Program-made: the position numbers and the translations under genes
Shown: in pieces, positions 29,330-37,200 of the stretch
Position numbering within the stretch: the stretch's first letter is position 1
Layout: every line of letters starts with the position of its first letter
IMG/VR virus record: IMGVR_UViG_3300037116_000299
Span: 150,301-214,300 of that record
DNA: 64,000 nt
Reading direction: 5' to 3' (one strand)
The notes under the pieces: model-generated
Told to the model about the DNA's origin: nothing
Seen by the model: the letters and a program-made list of their open reading frames with translations, nothing else
Databases searched by the model: none

Positions 29330-32300
29330 ATGCCAAATCCCCTCCCATCGATGACCCGAACCGCCCTCAACTCCCTCAATGAGGGTGTTGACGGCGTGCG
29401 TGCATGGGCGAATCTCAGCCTGCTGCACTCCAGGGTGGGTATGGGAGCGGGCATTGCCATGCTGGCAGCTCCGTTGTTCCTGAAGAATGACGAGCGCGGT
29501 TACTTCCAGACGGCTGCGATGACCACTCCCTTGATCGCCGCCGGCGCCATGGTAGCGCCGCGGCTGTTCCCGACGCTGCAGCGCGAAGGTAAACGCCTCA
29601 TCGACGTGGTCAAGCAGGTTCCTACCGACTACGGCTTTCAGAGCGGGGTCTACAACGCCGAGAGCGGCGCAATGAACCTATCCGAACTGCGCCAGGCCTT
29701 CGAAGGCGGACGCATCTCCTCCGCGGATTACAACCGAGGTTTGCTGCGCTATCACGGTGACATTGCCGCCAGCGTGATCAGTCCCGACGAGATCGACCGG
29801 CAGTTCCTGTCGGCATCCCGCACCTTCTCCGAACTGTACAAAGATCCCACCAAGCACCGCATGCTCGAGAACGCGCTGTACCGCGCGACGCTGAGCCAGG
29901 AAAGCGCCGGCGAGAAAGCTGCCTGGAACGACCTGACGGCGGTTGCACCAAAGATGTCGCTCAATGAGATCGACGACCTGTTCGACGCCTACTCCAAGAA
30001 CCCGGACTGGCTGAAACAGGTCAACTACCGAATGCAGGAAGCCCGCAAGGCAACTACATCCGGCGCCACCATTCCCTCAATCGACACCCTGGTCGATGCG
30101 AATGCCGAGTACGTGCACTCTTACAGCCTGGATACAGATCAGGGCATGGCGATGCTCAAGAACTCGCCGTTCCAGGATGAGATGAGCGAGATCGAGACCC
30201 TGCTCGGCACTCAGGGTGCGGGCTGGAAACGATCTGACTTCGAACTGCAGGTTCTGCCTGATCGCAACCAGGCAGTCAACCGCATCCAGGGCCTGATGGT
30301 TCGGGGCGAGCTGTCGATTCCTTTTGCTGATGCGGACGGCGGCGTGCGCCTGGGCAGCCGGTTCGACCGGCACGGGGCCTCCCGCTTCTTCATCACCCAC
30401 AACGACCGGCTCTCCTCCCAGGTCTATGCCCTGCGCGGGCTGCAGAGCGGCCCCGCCGCCATGCCGAGTGTGGCCGAGGAGCTGGCGCGCGCTCAGTTCA
30501 ACATTCAGGGCGATGCAGGTGCATTGCGCAACCAGAAGTTCTTCTTTGGCAAGCAGGGTGTCATGGGCAATCTGCCGAACTCATTTCCCACCGAACGAGG
30601 CGCAAAGGGATTTGCCGATCTTCGTCCGGAAGAGATGATGGCCGCGATCAAACATCAGACCGAGGGGCCGGATGGCCTGGTCCGGATGTCAGGCGGTACG
30701 GGTCTGGACATCTATGAAGATCGCTCACTGCGGTTGATCGAGCCCCAGGGCGTGCACTCGCGTGAGGCGGAGAGTCTGCGCGGCAAGGCCGTCAACAAGG
30801 GCGTCTCCGCCTGGGTAGCTCCCGGCCATGAAGGCTTCTCCGCCACCAACGCCGTGGATCTTCCTGAGTTTGCGATGCGGACCTACCAGGTGTCGGGCAG
30901 CCAGCATGCCTTCTTCAGCGAGATGCCGGAATGGAAGGCGATCGAGAACGACGTCAACCAGCAGTTCGGTTATATGGAAGCTGCCGGTTTCGGAGGCAGC
31001 TCCGCCCTGGAAGAAGAGGCACGACAACTGTCTGTCGATGTCGCCTTGAGCAAGATTGGCGCTCGGGAACGCATGATCACCTTCATGGCAGGAGATGCGG
31101 GTGTTGGTATGGAAGCAGCCGAGGCCATGTACACCAAGTTCCTGCCATTCCTGGCCAATCCCAAGAACTACGAGGCCATGCGATCGCTCTCCTATCTGGG
31201 AGATGGATCCAGAATCATGGGCAACAGCATCGGCGCTGGCTTCACCCAGACCCGCTCGGTGCGCCTGCACGAGAGCCTGCTCACCGAAGGCATGCTGAAC
31301 GGGGAGACCATTCCCGAAGGCACGCCACTGGGCTTCGAGTACGGCAACGCCGTGTTCCCCAACGGGGAGCGCAACAAGATCGTCTCGCACTCGAGCACCT
31401 TCAACGAAGACGGGTCAATGACCTTCCAGATCGAAGAGAACCTGGGCAGCCAAGGCCTGAAGACGCACGGCTACACCAAGCAGACGACTGTGCTCGGGCT
31501 CAACGACCTGACCCTGGACCGCGTGCGCCGCGGTACGAATGCGTGGCATCAGGCGACCGGCAGCGGTGGTGTGGTCGATGAGCGAGTAGCCGCCTTCACC
31601 CTGGAGGGTTCCAACTCGGCCAAGGCCAAGAACCCCCTCTCCATCATGGAGAACATGCTGGGCGCCACGCTGGGCGATGTCCAGCAGGCAAACGGTGAGC
31701 TGCCCGACTTTCTCAATGCCGGCCTCAAGCAGCTGTCGCCCTACGGCTATTCGTTTGAGAACGGCGGACTGCTCAGCGACTCGTCGAAGTTCCTGAGCAT
31801 GGAGCATGCTCCTGCGAACTACACCGCTGTGGCCGAGATTATGCACGGCTTGATGGAACAGACCGGCGCGGCCATCAAGGCCGAGCAAATCAAGCTGGAC
31901 GCATCCATGCGCGGCTACATTGACTGGTCCATGAAGAACTCCAACGGGTCTTATACCGACTACAAGACCCGCTTCGGCATGCCCGAATCTCTCAGCGTAT
32001 CCGATCACATGGCCCTGAACCACGCCGGTGAGGTTCGGATCACGCGCGACGCACTGCAGCAGTTGAACATTATGGGCTACCACGAGGTTGCCAAAGAGAT
32101 CAACGACCGCCTGCAGACCGACGGACTCCCGAGTATGACCCAGGACTTCCTCAAGCACATCGAGAAGGACGGCCAGGACTTCTCCGGTCAGTTTGGTGAT
32201 ACCACCGTTTCGCTCGCTGATGCAATGGGAGGTTCCGACCTGCGCCTGGGCACCGCCGCTGGGCGCTCGGGTACGATCTTCGACCCAAAGAATCCGCTTG

Positions 32301-34279
32301 CCCAGAAGAACTACTCCGTCCTGGCCAATGTGGAAGGCAAGGACTATTACATCCCTGCCCTGGGGCGAGAAGCCTTTGGAGGCGGAGCAAACGCATACGG
32401 CACCGACGGTTACTCGGCCAACACGTGGGAGGGCCAGTTCAAAGATGTGCTGCAGGCTGCCGGCGGCGACAAGGAACCCTTCGAAGCGAAACTCAAGACT
32501 TACACCGACACCGTGAAACAGAAGGTGGGGATGGGCAAGGAGAGTGTGTGGCGCCCGTCGTCCGTTGACCCTCTGGGCATGGAAGGGCGCGCCGCCTCGC
32601 GCGCTTCGTCTCTGCGCTACGCGGATGGTTCCGTAAACCCCTACGAGATCGGAGTGGGCAACCGTTATCTGGATCTGATGGCCGCCGACGATGCAGCCGC
32701 TCTGCGCCGCGGTGGTAGCCGAGCATCTCTGCTCTTGCGTCACCCGATCAACGCTCCGGCCATCACCGTGATGAAGTACGACCCGCGGCTGGACAACACC
32801 TGGGACATTGGAGTGGATCCTCTGCTGCAGTTGATCGATAAGGGCGACACCGACGGCGATCGTATGTCAGCCCATCTGATCAACGGGGACCACTTCACCA
32901 AAGAAGGTTTCGCCAACTTCATGAAGAATGAAGTTCACGGATCTCAGAGCCTGCAAAGCAGTCAGGTCAAGTTCAACCGAATCTTCAATGGTGATGAGGG
33001 GCCCGTTCCCTTCAAGGACTGGTTCGCCGAAGCAGGTGAAGGCGCCCGGCGGCGCAACGGGTTTGCCACCTTCGCAGGAGTTGATGTCCGCCGCGCCCTG
33101 ATGGCTCGCACCGCCGGCGCCGACGTCGGCATGCTGTCGAACACCTTTGAGCTGATGGAGACCACGATCGCGCACAGCAATTCGATCCGCATGCCTGCCG
33201 AGCGTCTACTTGCCCACCAGACCCTGTTCGATATCGTCAAGCAATCCTCGATTGCCGCCCAGAAGTTGAAGAAGGGGGACGCGGTCGGGGACTACACCCA
33301 GCTTATGGCCTGGAACAACAAGCTGCGTGGTTCCCTTGCAGATCGGTCTGCCAATGGCCAACAGGGCTTTATGAAGGCCCTCATGGAAGGCGCTGAGAAG
33401 TTCGGCAAGGATGTCGACATCAACGATGAACACGTTGGAATGGGCATTGCCACCCAGGCAGAGCTGGAAGCTGGCAGTCAAATCAATCCCTACGCGCGCT
33501 TGCTCGAGCACAAGGCTGATCTCTTCGGACGGGTCCACTCTAGCTTCGACCCGCGACAGGCAGATGCCCATAAGCTATGGACCATGTCCGCCGCTGATGC
33601 CGAGAAGTTCTACGGCAACGTCACCGGCCGGATGACCGACGATATGCTTCCCCTGATCCAGGCGGCAGCCAACCGAGGCAGCGCAAGCAATTTGAGTGCT
33701 GCGGTTCTGGGAGCTGAGAACGAAGCCAACAAGGTGGCGCAGTTTGCCGGGAAGGCACGGCGGGCGGCCGCCGGGTTGGTCGATGCGGCCGGGCAGTCTG
33801 CGGAAGAAGTCATGCGGACCGCTCGGGGAGCTGGCGTCAGTAAGGTCCTGGGCATCGGCATGGCAGCCGCGGCTGCAGGAGGCCTGCTGTTGGGGTCTCT
33901 GCACAGCCCGCGCGAGGGACAGGCTTTGGCTCCTCCATCGGGTAATGCCCAGCGTCCGGAAGAACGGATCGGAGTCGAAGATCGCATTCCAGGAGAACCT
34001 GAGCCTGGGGCGATGGCACCTGCCAACCCACCGCGTATGGTGAGGTCAGCTCGGCAGGGTGTACGCACTTCCGTCGTTGCCCCCATGGGTCGTGCGACCC
34101 AGCTCGAAGTCCACATGAAGGCCGACGACCGTAGTCGAGCGGCCGAAGCTGCCCGTCTTGCCGCAAGACTTGCCTCCGGCGATGGGAACTCCAGCACCAC
34201 GATCAATTACCGCGACACCACTCGACTGGACAGTCTCCGCACCCGGGACAAGGTCCGCGAGGCGATGAACGAAAGCTAA
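29330..34279 (+). CDS. putative single-chain two-barrel (DPBB) RNA polymerase, probably virion-packaged (1649 aa)
   Basis: Beta-like half: GDGSRIM (D625), GLKTHGYTK (K711,K717). Beta-prime-like half: LLRHP (R1137) ... DPLLQLIDKGDTDGDRMSAH (D1173/D1175/D1177). Hydrophobic segments near both termini. Confidence 0.7.
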   Translation: MPNPLPSMTRTALNSLNEGVDGVRAWANLSLLHSRVGMGAGIAMLAAPLFLKNDERGYFQTAAMTTPLIAAGAMVAPRLFPTLQREGKRLIDVVKQVPTDYGFQSGVYNAESGAMNLSELRQAFEGGRISSADYNRGLLRYHGDIAASVISPDEIDRQFLSASRTFSELYKDPTKHRMLENALYRATLSQESAGEKAAWNDLTAVAPKMSLNEIDDLFDAYSKNPDWLKQVNYRMQEARKATTSGATIPSIDTLVDANAEYVHSYSLDTDQGMAMLKNSPFQDEMSEIETLLGTQGAGWKRSDFELQVLPDRNQAVNRIQGLMVRGELSIPFADADGGVRLGSRFDRHGASRFFITHNDRLSSQVYALRGLQSGPAAMPSVAEELARAQFNIQGDAGALRNQKFFFGKQGVMGNLPNSFPTERGAKGFADLRPEEMMAAIKHQTEGPDGLVRMSGGTGLDIYEDRSLRLIEPQGVHSREAESLRGKAVNKGVSAWVAPGHEGFSATNAVDLPEFAMRTYQVSGSQHAFFSEMPEWKAIENDVNQQFGYMEAAGFGGSSALEEEARQLSVDVALSKIGARERMITFMAGDAGVGMEAAEAMYTKFLPFLANPKNYEAMRSLSYLGDGSRIMGNSIGAGFTQTRSVRLHESLLTEGMLNGETIPEGTPLGFEYGNAVFPNGERNKIVSHSSTFNEDGSMTFQIEENLGSQGLKTHGYTKQTTVLGLNDLTLDRVRRGTNAWHQATGSGGVVDERVAAFTLEGSNSAKAKNPLSIMENMLGATLGDVQQANGELPDFLNAGLKQLSPYGYSFENGGLLSDSSKFLSMEHAPANYTAVAEIMHGLMEQTGAAIKAEQIKLDASMRGYIDWSMKNSNGSYTDYKTRFGMPESLSVSDHMALNHAGEVRITRDALQQLNIMGYHEVAKEINDRLQTDGLPSMTQDFLKHIEKDGQDFSGQFGDTTVSLADAMGGSDLRLGTAAGRSGTIFDPKNPLAQKNYSVLANVEGKDYYIPALGREAFGGGANAYGTDGYSANTWEGQFKDVLQAAGGDKEPFEAKLKTYTDTVKQKVGMGKESVWRPSSVDPLGMEGRAASRASSLRYADGSVNPYEIGVGNRYLDLMAADDAAALRRGGSRASLLLRHPINAPAITVMKYDPRLDNTWDIGVDPLLQLIDKGDTDGDRMSAHLINGDHFTKEGFANFMKNEVHGSQSLQSSQVKFNRIFNGDEGPVPFKDWFAEAGEGARRRNGFATFAGVDVRRALMARTAGADVGMLSNTFELMETTIAHSNSIRMPAERLLAHQTLFDIVKQSSIAAQKLKKGDAVGDYTQLMAWNNKLRGSLADRSANGQQGFMKALMEGAEKFGKDVDINDEHVGMGIATQAELEAGSQINPYARLLEHKADLFGRVHSSFDPRQADAHKLWTMSAADAEKFYGNVTGRMTDDMLPLIQAAANRGSASNLSAAVLGAENEANKVAQFAGKARRAAAGLVDAAGQSAEEVMRTARGAGVSKVLGIGMAAAAAGGLLLGSLHSPREGQALAPPSGNAQRPEERIGVEDRIPGEPEPGAMAPANPPRMVRSARQGVRTSVVAPMGRATQLEVHMKADDRSRAAEAARLAARLASGDGNSSTTINYRDTTRLDSLRTRDKVREAMNES

Positions 34280-34282
34280 ACC

Positions 34283-37200
34283 ATGAGTGTTACCTTCTCC
34301 ACCAGCAACTCGGGCCCTTCGTCTGCCGGCTACTTCCGGATCGGCTTTGTCACGCTGCAGATCCCGCCTCAGAACATCGTGACCTCGCGCGTCGTCAACA
34401 ACGACAAGCTGGCCACTCTGCGCGGCATGAACGAGATGTTCCGCAAGACCGGTCAGGCTCGCTGGGACGTAACCGTGAGCTGGGCCGCCATGATGGGCGG
34501 CGCCACACCCGAAGCCAAGTACCAGCAGTGGAATGATCTGCAGAACGTCGCCGCCATGTTCAAGGCAGCTCCCTTTGTCGAAGTCGAGTCACCTCACCTG
34601 CGCCAGGTCCTGGCCCCTCACGATCCGCTGATGGCTTATCCCCACCGGCTGGGGATGGCGTTGCGGCAGCTACGCGTTGATTCCCATCCCGATATCGTGG
34701 ACACCCTTCTGGTCACGTTGACGATGACCTACTTCAACTTCGGTCCCTACTCTGTGGCCTTCGACTATGTGGGCGACGAAGGACAGCCAGTCAGCGCCGA
34801 TCAATGCACCAAGTTCAAGAACTACATCGCCATGTGGCGCGCGAACAATATGGACCACGTCTCCGCGCGGGACGGCGACCCGATCGCACCGCTGTGGATG
34901 GCACAGGATCCAGGCGAGATGGCCCTGAAGTACCGGATCTACAACCCGGTTCCAACCGGTCAACTGCCGGACTTTGGAACCATGGTCATGCCTGGCGGCG
35001 CCCAGGTGGGCACGACAGTGCTGCCCAGCACCTACACTCCAGCGTCAGCGACATCTGCCGCGGCCGGCAAAGCGAGCAAGGGAACTCTGCCTCCGGATAT
35101 CGAAGCTCTGATTCGGAAGACGGCACTTACGGTCAAAGGGTACTGTGATCCGGCTATTGCCTGTGCAGTCTGTCTCACCGAAAGCGCTGGAAACCCAACT
35201 GCTCACAATGCAGGATCGACAGCACAGGGTCTCTTTCAGTTGCTGGCAGGCACGCGCCAGTCCCTCAACGTGGCGGACGGCTTCAATGCACAGCAGAGCG
35301 CCCAAGGTGGCTGCCAGTACCTGGCCGATCTGTTCAAGAAACTGGGCACCTGGGAGCTTGCCGTTGCTGGTTTCAACCAGGGATCCGGCACCATCGTTGC
35401 TTATCGGGACGGCAAGGCCTTGACCGACAAGAGCAACGGGCACGTGATCAATCCGAACAAGCTGGTGACCGGTGGAATTCCTCCGGATCCTGCTGTGCAG
35501 CGGTACGTTTCAACCATCCTGCGCAATGCACAGATGAAGTTCGGATTCACCGGGCAGACAGCACCTCAGCCAGGCTCCCAGCGGCCACAGACCGCACAAG
35601 TGGCACCGGCCGCTGCGACCAACAGCGCCACATCGCCCGCCACTTCCACCAGCAATCCAATGACAGCGACGGACTCCGCGACCGAACAGGCGTTCCAGGC
35701 CCAGGCTACCGAGATGGCGGCCGACGGTTGGAGTCTTGATCATCGGTCGGACACCGCGGGCGTCGGGATCTGCTTCTTCTACAAGGAAGCCGAAGTGAGG
35801 ATGGCTCCGCTCGATTCGTCTACGGCGGATGTCACCGGCGGCATCTGGCCCACCCAGTTCTCGGTTCTGCTGGTGAACAATCTGGCGCAGATCCCTCTGT
35901 CCGGTTATCAGTATCCGACCTATCAGCATCTTGGCCCCTGCAGTTCGCTGGTGCAGATCTCGTTCATGTCCAAGGGCGAGCGCGCCGACGAAACCCAGGA
36001 ACCTGTGCACGAAGGCCTCAGGTCGCTATCCTCCATGGCTCACTTCATGGAACAACAGCACCTGCGTCTGCGCACGCAACTGCGCACGCCCAATTCCCTG
36101 CATCGGATGCAGGCAGTCTACGTTGAGAACCAGGTCCTGAACATGCTCGGCATCTACGGCCTCATGCTTGACCAGGTCACTACCGAGACATTGCCCGAGT
36201 CCTCGGACCTGGTCACGGCGCAGCTGACGGCCAGCCAGTACGAGAACCGCTTCGAAGAGATCGAGCCCTACAAGTTGAACGGCATCTCCCAGGCCTACAA
36301 CCAGGGGTTGAAGGACCTGGTGCTGACCGACAATACCATTCAGCAGGCACCTTCCGATGTCCAGGGACCGTTGAAGCCCATCTTGAACTACCGCACCCAG
36401 GCAGATAACGCAGATGAAAATGCGATGATCGCGCGCCTGATGGAAGTCGCGGCTCAGCCGTCGTCGACTCTGTTCACGTACATGGCAGGTGCACCCACTT
36501 TCACCATCAGCCAGGTCGACGCCGCCCAGATCACCTACCAGACGGGAGTGGACTGGTCGAAGTATCCGGTCGCACTCGCCCGGGTGAAGCAACTCCAGCA
36601 GACTGGCGATGCTCAGACCTGGACGATGGCCGACTACCTGATGATCAAGAGCGTGGCCTGGAAGGTCTACAAGCCGGTTAATCTGGGCGGCAGTATTCAA
36701 CACGTCGACTCAACCTTCCAGGGCAACACCCGCCGGACGATGGTCCAGGATGCGTATCAGCGGCTGTTCGCGTACTTTGCCGCGAGCGACACCGGACTGC
36801 GCACCGCTCTCAACCAGGTGATGAACAGCCCAGCCCTGGCCGCCAAGGTCAAGGGCGCAGTGCCCTCCGGGGACCCGTCGCTGGCGTCACCAGGATCCAA
36901 CGACCACGGCGCCTACCGGGATATGGGTTTGAACACCATCCTGTTGAACGGCGAAGACTTCAACCCCGGCATGTACTTTGTCAACAACAACGAACAGTAC
37001 AAGACACTTGCGAAAGGCGCCCTGCTGGATGTGATGAGGTCGACGGCATCGGCGGCGGCGCAGACCAACAGCAATGACAACAGCCAGCAGCTGCCGAATT
37101 CAGTGGCCCCAATCTCCTCGACGACATCTCTGACTCCGACAAACCTCCCCGTAGATCAGGCAGGACAGATCAACCTGCCGGCAGGCCTCAAGTCGATCCC

